A DNA stretch of 64,000 nucleotides, taken from assembly GCF_001194135.2 (NCBI RefSeq), contig NC_068981.1, positions 112,436,475-112,500,474 of the forward strand, in the 5' to 3' direction. Position numbers and translations under genes: made by a program. Below are positions 35,590-47,752 of the stretch, piece after piece (the first letter of the stretch is position 1; every line of letters starts with the position of its first letter). This DNA comes from Octopus bimaculoides (lineage: Eukaryota). The notes under the pieces were generated by a model that saw only the letters and a program-made list of their open reading frames with translations, was not told the DNA's origin and made no database searches.

Positions 35590-38500
35590 TTATTATCTCT
35601 TTATCACAGGTTTTGTTGGAGCTCCTGGAGTCTTGCATGTGTAGCAGGTTTACTACCTACTGCCTGTGGTACCATGCTATTCTTTCTTTTCAGCTATCTA
35701 ATACTTTCCTGATCATTCTATCCATGTCAAGGAGGCAAACCTTTTGTAACAGTTCTACTGGGCACTTTATTCCAATTTCCTTTATATTCCTCTTGATGCC
35801 TTCTGACACTGTTCCCAAGGACCCAACAATAATTGGCACTATCTTCACCTTCTTCATTTTCCATAGCTGGGCTATTTCGTACTTAAAGGGGTTGACTCAG
35901 GTTTGGTCATTAAGGGATTATATTTGTTTTTACTTTTCATCTTTTTTCTTTACAATCCTGGAATCAAACAGACATGATCAATCAATTTGTAAGCAACTTC
36001 ATTTTTCCTTGACTATTATTGTTATGTCCTGTTTATTATTTTCTATCTTCTTATCCATTTGAATTGGAAAATCCTATAAAATTTTACATTTCTCTGACTC
36101 ACACACTTTTTCAACCTGATGATTATTACCAGCTTTAAACCTCCATTTTTGACAGAACTTCCAGTGCAAAACTTTTACAATTTGGTAATGTCTCCATTTC
36201 TTAAATTCTCCCTAAGCTGACTTGGGACATTTTGCAACAATGTGTGCCATTGTTTCATCCCAAATTCCATACACTCCTTATTTCACTGACACCTTCTCCC
36301 CATATGCATATATTCTCAAGTTGTTTGTTTTTAACAATTGAACTTGAGCTGCTACAATAAGTCTCTCTGGCTCTTTTTTCAATTGCCCCACATAAAAAAC
36401 ACCCATGTTGCTGCAGCTTGAAAAACTCCCAGTACACTCTGCAAAATGGTTGGCATTAGGAATGGCATCCAGCCATAGAAACTATGCCAAAACAGACAAA
36501 TGGAGCCTGGTGCAACTCTCTGGATGGACAGCTCTTGCCAACCCAACCAACCCATGTCAGCATGAAAAACAAATGTTAAATGATGATGATGATGATGATG
36601 ACACATCCTCAGTGACTTTCCAAAACTAACCATGTAAAGGTTTCTCTTCAATTGTGTTTAACATGCTCTCTTTGAATTTCATTCTTGTCTTTTTCCCTAT
36701 TCCACACTTGATCATCTGTTCTCTATTCACTATTTTTAAAGTATAACTAGTTAATATCAGCTCTTGGATAGTGGGCTCCATACATAGTCAACAGCTTTCT
36801 AGTTTTTCCGTCAAGTTTCTGTATTTTGTTTTTTGTCCAGTCTATAATTTCATCTCCATATCTAATTACTGGTACTGCTCTTGCATTTTTGCTTCAATAG
36901 CATTTTTTGAATTCAACTTTGATATTTTTCTCACTTTCCTTGTTTACTCCCTATTTGTAATTTGCTCCATCTCTTCATGTTTTATTTCTAGTATTCCCGA
37001 ATATTTGGGAATACTCCAGTATTCCCAAATACTTATACCACTATCCTTTTTCAACTGCTTGTATTGTTTGCCCATTTGGCATTTCAGTTCCCTGACTTCT
37101 TTCAAATTTTTTTCATTTTTTATCTTTTTAATCTCAAATTTCATGCCTATATCATTTTAGAAAATGTAAACAGTGTACACAAGACTTTCAATCTGCTTTT
37201 CATTTTTCACATAAAGCTTTATATCATCCATAAAAAGGAGATGAATTATCTGACCATATCCTTTACTCAAAGCATTAGCTATTTTGTCTTCTTGAGTGGT
37301 TTCAGTGCCAAGACAAATAGTAATGGAGATAAGCTATCACTTTGAAATATACCACGTCTGATGATCATTTTCCCAAGTCTTTGTTTCTCGCCAATCAGTT
37401 CAGTAATCCAATGTTTCATACTTTCATTGACCGTTTTCCACCACTCCAAACATGCTCATTGTTTTACTTATCAAACTGTGCGGTACCATGCCATATGCAT
37501 TTTTGTAATCCAACCATGCTACATCCAATCCCGTCAATGTGCATCTACAGTTTTAATAACTAGTCTTTAGTTGCCCTGCTTTCACTCCTGCATCCTTTCT
37601 GTTCAACTGGAAGTAAATTGTTACTTTCCAGATGATTATATAACTTTTCTACCAAGACACCAGTCGTAAGCTTCCTCAAAAGTAGTAAACAAGTTATAGG
37701 TTGAAAATTTGATACCAATTTACTTTTCATGAGACATAACAACGTTTGTCCACTTATCATCCATATAGGGACATGTCCCTTCATCAAGGTGTACAGTGAT
37801 CCTTTCATGCAACTGTGTAAAATTCTTCAGCCAGTAACCTTGTACTCCATCTTGACCAGGCTCTTTCCAATTTTCTAATTTTTAAAACTTCAGTCTCACT
37901 GAATATAGACCAATTCTGACATCCTTTTGTCTTAGTACAGTTTCAAGTTATCTCTTCACCTGTGTTAGCCACTCTGCACTTTTTTTATGTCTCACTGGGC
38001 CTGTTCCAAAGTTCTCCCCAAAATGTTTTACTTTCTTCCACATCAGGAATCACTTCCTGATGTTTCCCCTCTATTTCCTCAAAAATACACCAATCTATTC
38101 TTTTCAAGACCTTTGCATTTGGCCTCATATCTTTTCAATTTGGCCTTTAACATCATCACTCTTTGTGACAATTCTTTCTGTACAATTTTCTTTCACCTTC
38201 TAGCCTATGCTGATCATTCAGTTTTCTGATTACTATCTCATTCTTGAGTTCTTCTCTCATTATCCTATTTAATTGTCCCAGTCCTTTCCATGTCTTTTTC
38301 AACTTCATTTGCATTCTTTTCCTCCTGTTTGATTCTTTCTTTTCATTCTCCGTATTTTCTCCAACAGCCTTCCACTTGTATCCTATTATGGCAGCAGCTA
38401 TGATTAGCTGATTTGTTTCACTAATGTTTTCTGTTTTAACTAAGCTCAAAATACATACTTTGCCTGTGACTCTCTACTTTTCTCTGTCCACATAGTTTAT

Positions 38501-39520
38501 ATTTTGTGTCACTTCATTGTTCACACTATACAATTTACATTGCAGTATTTTTAGAATATTCTTCTCTTCATAGTTCAAGTTTTGTGCAACATTTACTGTC
38601 ACTTGTCCAGCTAAATCACCTTCACTATTTACTTCATCAGCTTTCTCAGGTACATAGTGATTTCCTTCTTTGTAATGTTTTTCATCTCTTACCCCTTCAT
38701 TATCACTTTCTGCTACTGTTGTTTCACACTCTTCCTGTTCAATTTTTTTATTATTCTCTGAATTTCTTCAACCTCTAATCCTGTAGTCCAGCTGTACGAA
38801 CTGTCCTTCTCTGGTCTATCAGTAATTGATTGGAAGCTTCAAAGACTCCCTTTTCATCCCATGTTCTCTTCATTCATTTCATGAAGCTTCTTTTATTTGG
38901 CTTACTTCTCTGCCAACATTCAATCACAATCTTGTTTACCTCTTTTTCCCATTTCATTTTTCTCCTACTGCACTTTTGATTTTGATTCTTATCACTGACT
39001 TGATGGATACCTGCCATAGATTGATCAGGCACTCCTTGCCTGTTGTGCACAACATCTTCCCTGTTAATAGTTCTGGTCCTGTTAATGCGGTTAGGTTATT
39101 ACTTGTGTATGGCATCACTCATTTTGAGGTAGCATCTATAATGTTTTTTCGTTGTGACACTATCACTAGGTGGGTTGCCAACCAAGGCTCAAGGGAGTCC
39201 ACATGTAACCTTATACACACTGTCAGATGACCATTGACTCCCATGAGTTCATCTGCTCTTTTGCAGGTCTTGTTTTTCTTCCTGCAGAGTGCCCAACTAC
39301 CACTCTCCTCATCAAGCATGCTTGGTGGGTTTGCTGGTTTAGTTGCTGATGACCCAACCATTAGTATGTTGATTTAAACCTAATTACAGCATACTCCCAC
39401 CAACACCAGAAGCTTCCTAGACCTTCCCACCAGACCAACACAATAAAGCTAGTACAAAGTATACAATTGATGGCTTCCTCCTCACCAGTTTCCTTCATCA
39501 CTGCTTGGTATAACACATTT
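35590..39520 (-). mobile_element. Near full-length Dong/R4-like LINE, decayed
   Basis: About 3.9 kb with 5' UTR, N-terminal region, RT (PVEQKGCR, FQGDSL, HLLFMD, MKFEI) and RLE end LQKVCLLDMDRMIRKVL. Bounded by (AAT)n at the 3' end and an ATT/ACT-rich tract at the 5' end. Interrupted by an RTE tail. Confidence 0.88.
36385..36600 (+). mobile_element. RTE 3' tail fragment with (GAT)n
   Basis: CCCAGTACACTCTGCAAAATGGTTGGCATTAGGAATGGCATCCAGC...AAATGTTAAAT(GAT)n matches the RTE end at 10680-10850. Confidence 0.8.
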
Positions 39521-40344
39521 ATCTTAATTTTCTTTATCGATATTATAATATTAATAATATCATTATTAGTCTAGTTATAATAATTATTAGTACCATCCTC
39601 ATCATTACTTCTACTGTCATTATTATTTTTACTAACACTACCACTTTTACTATCACTATCACTATTTTTATCATCTTTACCACAATCTTTATCAATATTT
39701 CCAGTATAGGTGGTGAGGATGGGATTGAGTGAGCACATAACTGAAACACAAACAAGTTTTCAGCATTGGAGATATAAGTAAAACAAAATAGATACAATTT
39801 AATGAGGAAAAGAAAACAAATTAGCAAACATATTTATATTGCAAAAGAAATAAACAAATGATTTTACCTATTCCTTAAATTCCTGCATACAATATCATTA
39901 GACCAAACTGCAGTTATAGGGTCAAGCGAAAAAGAAAAACAATATATGAATATTTAACTACATAATACTATTCTGAAATGAGGCAGAAAGAGCCAGCAGG
40001 CCTTCCAATGTTGTTAAGAAATGAAAATTGCATGCAGCATATTTTGTATTCAACTTCAAATTAAGCAATGCTGAGACAACATGGACCAACGAGCTAGTTT
40101 TCAATGTTAGAAATATAGGTAAAACAGAATAGAAATATAACCTATCATATGAAATTTGATGAGAAAAAGAAAACAAATTAAGAAGTCTAATTATACTGTT
40201 ATTCTACATGTAAAAATTGTAAGCAAATGATTTTACCTAGTCCTTAAATTCCTGCATATGATTCCATTAGTCCAGACTGCAACCATAGGACTAAATGATA
40301 TCACTATTGCCATCATTCCTTCATACTTTAGATACTTGAAAGAA

Positions 40345-41335
40345 TTATTATTAGTATATGTTTGGCTTTTGATTTGTATTTGTTCAAGTTGACTCCAAGT
40401 CTCACCCAGAGACCTCAAGAGACAACAAGTTAGAAGATGACTAGGGTGCCATACATTTTGTTTGAAACAGAGTATTGTAGAGAATGTCTGTCAAAACATA
40501 AGTAAATTAGAAGTTTGTTTTAAAAATGATTTGATTATAAGTTGATAGTCTGATGTTAACATGACAGTAAAAGGTGTTTGCTGTTATGTACATTTAAAAG
40601 TATTTTGACACTGTTTATGGATTAATATATCTTCGGGATTACATAGGCAATATTTTATGTAGGATATGGGCAGTTCCCATGAGCACTATTTTTTGAATTT
40701 CTTCTATTTTGGGATTTCCTAGTATCTGAGCTAGGTAGCAATCAGCCCCTTTTGCTATCATTCCTAGAGAACCTATGACAACAGGTATTGTTTTAGTCTT
40801 GAAGTTCCACATTTTGCCAATTTCTATTTCAAGATCTTTATACTTACCCAGTTTTTGGTAGGTCTTGATAGATACATTTATGTTGATTGGGACAGTCATA
40901 TCGATGAGGAGGCATGACTTTTGTCTGAAGTCCTTCAGTATAATGTCTGGCCTATTTGCATCCATCTTTCTGTCAGTTTGAATGGTGAAGTTCCAAAGGA
41001 GTGAGATGTGGTCATTTTCAAGTACTGGAGGTGGTTTGTGTTCCCACCAGTTTTTATCATGGGGCAGGTCCAAGTCTTTGCAAATATACTATGCTGTTCT
41101 ATCATGCCTGTTGAGATACATGGAGACAACATGGTCGATGGTTTCATTTTCTTGTTTACATACATGACATGTTGGGCTACTGTCATTCTTGAAGATGTTG
41201 GCCTGATAGCTTCTTGTAGGTAGGCATTGAGTTTGGGCTTCTATGATAATCCCTTCTGTCTTTGATTTTAAGCCAGAAGACACTAGCCATTGATGGGTAA
41301 GGGCTTTGTCAATTTCGGCATTATTAGCTCTCATT
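40345..41335 (-). mobile_element. Dong/R4-like LINE 3' fragment (CCHC + RLE)
   Basis: LKSKTEGIIIEAQTQCLPTR...CHVCKQENETIDHVVS, WWEHKPPPVLENDHISLLWNFTIQTDRKMDANRPDII..LIDMTVP..LMGTAHILHKILPM. Confidence 0.9.
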
Positions 41336-41339
41336 ATTA

Positions 41340-43720
41340 TCATTTTCATGTGCACACAACAGATTAGACTGTTGGAAAAGAAAAAATCCTAACATCGGGC
41401 TACAACAAGTAACCTTAGGTGCCAAGAACCTTTCTAAGTTCCTAGCTGTCCCTAAAACACTGTTTTCTGGAGCTGTACTAAACTGGGTTTTATGCCTGTT
41501 TCCTCTATCCATCTGTTCAGATCTTTAGGGATAGTTCCCAATGCACATATAACTACTGGGATACATTTTACCCACACTTTCCATAGTCTCTGTAATTCAA
41601 TGGCTAGGGCCTGGTACTTTGCTATTTTTTCTATACCTCTCATATTGATTTTTTCATCATTTGGGACTGTTTAATCAATTATCTGGCACTATCTTTTCTC
41701 TTTATCTACTGCTACTACTAAATTAGGCTCTCTAGCTTCTATTACTCTATCAGTCTGAATGTTGAAGTTCCTCAACATCTTGTATCTTTTACGTTCTAGT
41801 ACTTTACTAGGTTCCTGTTCATACCATTTATTAGTATGTTCAAATCCTAGCTTTCTACATAACTCTCAGTGGATTACTCTCCCTAGGTTGTCATGTATTT
41901 TCTTGTATTCTTTCTGTGCCAGCATGCTACATTCACTTACTATATGAGTAATGCTTTCCTCTTTTGATTTGCATAACCTACATTGGGAATCTATTTGGTT
42001 TTTGTCTCTCTTGTCTCTTATCCAATTAGTCCTTAATGCTTGATCTTGTGCAGCTACTAACAAACTTTCTGTCTCCCTTTTTAGCTTTCCTTTCAGCAAT
42101 CATAGCCATGTCTCACTACAACTATTTGCTGCAACTATCTTTGGGAATCTAGCATGCAGTGCCTTCTGCTACAGTCAGATAATTTCTGTTCTCTTTTCTG
42201 GTTTTTAACTTCATTTGGGATTTTGGTTTCCCTATGTCTTGCTGTGATTTTAGCAACTTTTAATAAACTTTGTTCACTATTACCTACGCAGGATGCTATA
42301 TCTACTCTTGTTAACTCCATTCAGTCTTCTACTGATATTAACCCCATTCTGCCGTCCTTTCTGGGTAAGTATAATCTGGCTACTTCTGTCTTTGGGTGAA
42401 GTCCTCTGTTCATATTGAATTCATTCCTAGTTCTTTTATGTAGCTTTGCTTATTCAGTTTTTGTCCAATCTACAAAAGCTGCTGAGTAACGATACTACCC
42501 AAGTGTTTACAACCTTCACTAGATTCAGACCATTTAGCTTTGACTTCATTAGCTTCCTCACCCTACTGAAGTACTCCTTTTCAATTTTCCTTTTCATTTT
42601 TATAGTTGGTACTCTGTCAGATTCTAATACTTCGAGATACTTATAACTCTCTCCTCCTTTCAATGTCTGACAATCTGGTAATTGGATACTTTCGCTGTTG
42701 ACTATTTGTTCCCTTCTCATGAGTAATATCGCACACTTATCTCTGCCAAATCCCATACCTATATCTTTGCTGAATAGTCTTACAGTCTGAATTAAGGAAT
42801 CTATCTCTTTTTCATTCTTATTAAAAAGCTTCTGATCATCCATGAGTAGAGCAAATGGTTAATTTTCCCCTTAATATTTCTGAATGGATACTCTGCCTTT
42901 GCCTTCCTTAATACTAAACTGAAGGGGATCAAACATAAGACAAATGTTAAAGGGGACAATGTGTCCCCTGGAAAAATCCTCTTCTGATATTAACTTTCCC
43001 TAAGTTTGTGTCATCTGAGTAGAGATCTACCTTCCATTTCTTCATGCTAAAGCTAATTAATTCTCTTATGTGGTCTACTATATTGAATATACTCAGACAT
43101 TCACTTATCCACGAGTGTGGGGTCATGTAGGCTTTCCTGTAATCTGTCCATGCTATTGTTAAATTTTTCTTTTTGGCTTTTACTTCATTTAGAACTGCTT
43201 TGTATATGTATAATATGTCATGCATTCCTCTAGCCTTCTTCCTGCAACTTTTCTGTTCTTCTGGCTGCAAATTGTCTGTCAAGATGCTCCTTAGTGCATT
43301 CTGGAAGCATTCCTGTTAACAGCTTCCACACTAATGGTAAGCAAGTGATTGTCTATAGTTGCTAGCTGTATTACCCTTGCTCTTATCTTTCATAATGAGT
43401 ATTGTCCTCCCTCTAGCCATCCAATCTGGTATTATTCCTCCATTAAGGCAATCCTGAAGTTGTTCCCTCAGCCTCCCAATTAAACTTCTGAATTTCTTTA
43501 GCCAGTATTCTTGAACTAAATGTAGTCTTGGACCCTTCCTAATACTTTACTCATTAATGCACTAGTCAGTCTTAAATCTAGCTGCTTCTCACTCACTATT
43601 TCTTCCCTCATTTTCTTTAACCATACTTCATTTCCATTATGATTGACAGGCTTATCCCAAATAGTCTCTGCCTCTCCAACATGAGTTCAGTGGTTTCATC
43701 TATTCATACTGCTGCTCAAT
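41340..43720 (-). mobile_element. Dong/R4-like LINE (RT + CCHC + RLE), decayed
   Basis: LQPEEQKSCRKK, FFQG, MDDQKLF, MGFGRDKCA, LKRETESLLVAAQDQALRT..CRLCKSKEESITHIVSEC, LQKTVF. Same family as 27010-29560. Confidence 0.9.
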
Positions 43721-43769
43721 AAATACTATTGTTCTTACTACTACTACTGCTACTGCTGCTGCTACTGAA

Positions 43770-43966
43770 TTGGCAAGCTGGCAGAATCGTTAACACAGTA
43801 ACATTCCATCTGTCTTTACACTCTGAGTTCAAATTCTGCCAAGGTTAAATATGCATTTCATCTTTTAGGGTTGATAAAATAAGTACCAGTAGAGCACTGG
43901 CCTCAATACGATCAACTTGTCTCCTTCCCCAAAATTTCAGGCCTTATGCCTATAGTAGAAAAGACT
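43770..43966 (+). mobile_element. tRNA-derived SINE
   Basis: GGCAAGCTGGCAGAATCGTTA...GAGTTCAAATTC...AAATTTCAGGCCTTATGCCTATAGTAGAAA. Confidence 0.85.
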
Positions 43967-43969
43967 AGT

Positions 43970-44400
43970 GCTACTCTAGTTGCTTGAGAGAAAGTGAATG
44001 AGCAGTTGCTTTCAGATACTTATGAAGGGAGTGCCATAAAAGCACATTTTTACAGGAAAAGGTATGTGCTTTATACCTATATCTTGGGGTTGAAACTACA
44101 AGATATGCAGATGTATATAAAATATAATTTAAATTAGGTAGGAGGGCTGTATGTAGCATGTGTGTAATTTTGGTCAATACTATTTTTTGGATTTTCTGAA
44201 GAGATGTTTCACCTAGAAAATTGTTAAGCTGTTTCTCATATCTTTTTCTTGTCATACCATCTTGAGCAGGACTATTTTCATTTTCAAACTTTATCCCTAG
44301 GTCAAATTGTCTTGTCTGTCCATTAATTGAGGAAATCCCAAAGTATTGTTGCATTATCTCCTTTCATAACTGGTCCTGGGAGGATTTCATACAAGTTGAT
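43970..44400 (-). mobile_element. Old Dong/R4-like 3' fragment
   Basis: YEKQLNNFLGETSLQKIQKIVLTKITHMLHTAL resembles the RLE C-terminus of the other copies. Confidence 0.6.
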
Positions 44401-44809
44401 TGTTGTTTTTACTTTGAAGTAGTTGCATAGCTTCAATTGCAGGTATTGACCTCCTCTGCCATATCAGTTCTTATACACATTTTGTGTCAGAAACTATTGT
44501 TTCATCATATCAATCACAAAACCTGAATTATTATTATTGCTGTTGTTATTCAAAAGCTATTACATGCTAAGTTGCAGAGATATTATCCTGAAGTTGTCAA
44601 AAACTTTATGGTATTGATTGCATCAATTCTGTTTCTCACATCCAGTTCACTTTTTTAGGATAGCTCTAACTTTATGATAATATTCTTTCCATATTTATCC
44701 TGCACACATATTGTAATCTGTGTATTTGAAAAATTACTGGAAAACAGCTTGAATGGATTTTCACCAAATTTGGAGTGGCTCAAAATGATGAAAATTTGGT
44801 TCGATTAGC

Positions 44810-45335
44810 TTCAAACATACATAAATACATACATAGATATGCGACTGTGTGTGCATGCGTGTGTGTCTACAGTGATGGATTTGAGGGTCTCATTTATTTA
44901 CGAGTTGATTTCTTAATTTCACCGCAGTATAAATACCTATAATGGTTATACTTAAAAAAAAAAAAAAAGAAACTTTTTTTAACTTGAACTTGAACAAGTT
45001 TTCTGATAAGCAAGTGGTCATACTATTTATATCCCACAACAAACTACAGTATTTTTGATTCACCTGCCATCATTGAAAGACATTCAATACACTTCTCAAA
45101 TTCTATGCAATATTTTCTATAAGTATTTCATTTTGATATGAAACAACCCTTGTCTACGTGTGTATAGATCATGCGCATAGACACATGTGAGTACATACAT
45201 AGATACATATATAGGTATGCAATTGTGTGTGTGTGTGTGTGTACAGTGATGGTTTTGAGGGTTTTGTTCATTTATGAATTGATTTCTTAATTTCACTTAT
45301 AATGGTGATACTTAAATTTCCCAATAAGCAAGTTT
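44810..45335. repeat. Local diverged direct duplication (about 130 bp, two copies about 380 bp apart)
   Basis: ACATACATAGATA..(TG)n TACAGTGATGG.TTTGAGGGT...TTGATTTCTTAATTTCAC...TATAATGGT.ATACTTAAA...TAAGCAAGT occurs at about 44820-45010 and 45200-45330. Confidence 0.7.
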
Positions 45336-45569
45336 AGTCAAACACTTATAAAGCTTAATTCAGTTCTATTATTCTATTAAAAAGCATGGGTAAGCAACAC
45401 ATTGTAAGCCACACTATAATTTGTGAAAAAATTTAACTGTGCGCAGGGTATGCATCATCCCGCCAATGCCTTTTTTTTTTTTTTTCATTTTTCATGCATT
45501 TGTGGATGCTGCATGTTATCCATCCCTTCCACTTAGGCCTAATTATTTATAATTTTATTTTTCAGGATC

Positions 45570-46530
45570 TAATTCCTTGATTGTTTATCAAGACCAAACT
45601 CCATTTCAGTATCATCACTAAATTGTTTTACTGTAGTTAAAAGCTGTTCCAGTTGTTGCTTACCTTTTGTGAAAAGCTTTAGATCATCCATATAAAGAAA
45701 GTGATTAGTTTGTCTGTTGTATATCTATGTTTTGTGTCATTCAACAGCTTACTGAGGGGTATGAGAACCATACAAAAAAGTAGTGGTAATAGAGAATCAC
45801 CTTGAAAAATATTGCAGTTTATGTCAATGTTCCCAGTGTTCATAGTACTTATCTCTGAATTCGGTATATTCAGTTGCCTTCCAGTGCCTCGTACCACACG
45901 TTTTTGTAATCAATTCCTGCACTAGATTTTTGAGTTGTTTGTGACAGTCTTCTACAATCATTTTATTGACTAAAAGATGGTCTTTACACCTATACAAGCC
46001 ACATTTATAGCCATTTTATTCATTAATGAATATCTTCAGTAATGATGGAGATTAGTATTTTAAGATATGTTATTGGTCAATAGTTTGATGTGGGGTGGTT
46101 AATTTCATTGCTTTTGAGCAGTAAGTTATTCTGTTTACTAGCATGGGCTGGATTTTCCTGGGCTCATTGCATAATGCTTATTTGAGAGGTTAGTCAGTCT
46201 CATGAGATTCAGAGAGAATATTCAGCCAGAAGTTAGGGATTTTACTTTTTCCACGTGATTTCAATTTCATAGATTTTCTGAATGCATTCCTCTGATCTTC
46301 AACAGAGATATCTTTCCATATTTGCTCCTTAATACACTGAACTGCAAAAGTAATGTGAGACATGTGTGGCTGTGAAAAATGTTTTAATTTCATAATGTCA
46401 GAGGTAAATTTTGATGAATCTGATAAAGTCAATTTGGTATTCACATCATTTATTTTTACATGCACGAATTTTCTTGTTTTTCTTTTGCAATCACTTTCTA
46501 CTGAAAACAGCTTAGAACTTTTTGTGTTTA
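45570..46530 (-). mobile_element. Dong/R4-like RT fragment
   Basis: NIFQGDSLLPLLFCMVLIPLSKLL, (F)YMDDL, MEFGLDK, and upstream KSRGKSKIPNFWLNI. Confidence 0.8.
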
Positions 46531-46534
46531 AGCC

Positions 46535-47752
46535 TCATAGTCTTGTTGTATGATGAGAACTCCCGTGTACCAGATTCTGACAACTATAGCACTTTTTGTT
46601 TTTAAATGGACAATCTTTTTGTAATGTAGGCCTCCACAGCCATTACATGGATTGGGGCCTGACACTTTTTTTTGATTTTGCTTCCCAGGATGATACATTT
46701 GAATTTTTGCAGAGTCTTTATCTTGTATTTTTTTCACGTCATGTGTAAGATTTACCATAGTCTGACATTCTTCTGCAATGGTCTGTAGAGATAAATCCTG
46801 GTTCACTTGCTCCATTTTCGAGGGAATCCTTGTCTGAATTTCTCTGTCTTCAGATGCTATAAGTCTTAGCATGAAGATAGGTGATTTTGAATATATCCTG
46901 ACTGAAATCCTGAAATTTTTACACATATGGTTGACTACTGCTGCGTAAGTGATAAAATCATCCTTCTCATTCTTTGTTAAGTTCCAACACTCCATTCTGG
47001 TGTTGAATAATGAACTTCTATCACAAAAAATTTTTGCAAGTGGTTCTACAGACTTTTGGGGCTGAATAAAGTTATAGTAACACTCATGTTCAGCAGGAGC
47101 TACCTTGCATAGTAAAAGCCTTACTTTCTGCTCCTTCAACCATACTTGCACTTGTTAAAAATTTCCTCATATCTTCTGTAATATGCAGGAAACGTAATAC
47201 CCTCTTCCGGATTATATGTAAATTCAGAAATTGGCATAAACGAGCTTACTGGATTTTCGGGCTTTGCTGACTGCAACTCATTTAATTGTTGTTGTTGTAG
47301 TATTTGTTTTTGCAACTCCTGTAGTTGTTCCTGTTGCTTCTCTTGAAGCTGTACTACTGTGGCTATTAGGTTTTCCATGACACAGAAATGATCAAATAAC
47401 CTACTTGAGTTTCAAACGATTCTCGTCACCAGATGTTATATCCTTAAGGATAAGCAAATAAACTGCAACAGTGTAATAACAATATAATTGAAACAAATGG
47501 CAGTAACTACACGAAACATTGTTATGTTTTAAGAAACAACAATCCAACATGCTAACTCAAACTGTAAATTTTGAATTATCAACACACGAACTGTGGAACT
47601 AGCATGAACTACCTCATTTACTCAGCCCACTACTATTTATATGTAGTGGTCCAGTCCATTCTCACCAGGAGGCATCATACTCTCACACAACAGTCTGGAG
47701 TAAAAATGTAAAAATGTTAGATGTAAAGTAATGATATACTAAAATTACAACA
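46535..47752 (-). mobile_element. Ty3/Gypsy 5' remnant: LTR (47434-47752), PBS and gag
   Basis: LTR TG...CA of about 319 bp with TATAAATA. PBS TGGTGACGAG at about 47422-47431 is one mismatch from the complement of a tRNA-Ser 3' end (CUCGUCGCCA). gag MENLIATVVQLQ...EFTYNPEEGITFPAYYRRYEEIF is homologous to 13708. Confidence 0.88.

Noticed and set aside
39150-39370. HDV-like ribozyme at the 5' end of the near full-length Dong element
   Set aside because: HDV-like ribozymes are expected for R2/R4-type elements, but I could not build a consistent P1/P2/P3/P1.1 fold by eye. An RNAmotif search on the family consensus would be needed.
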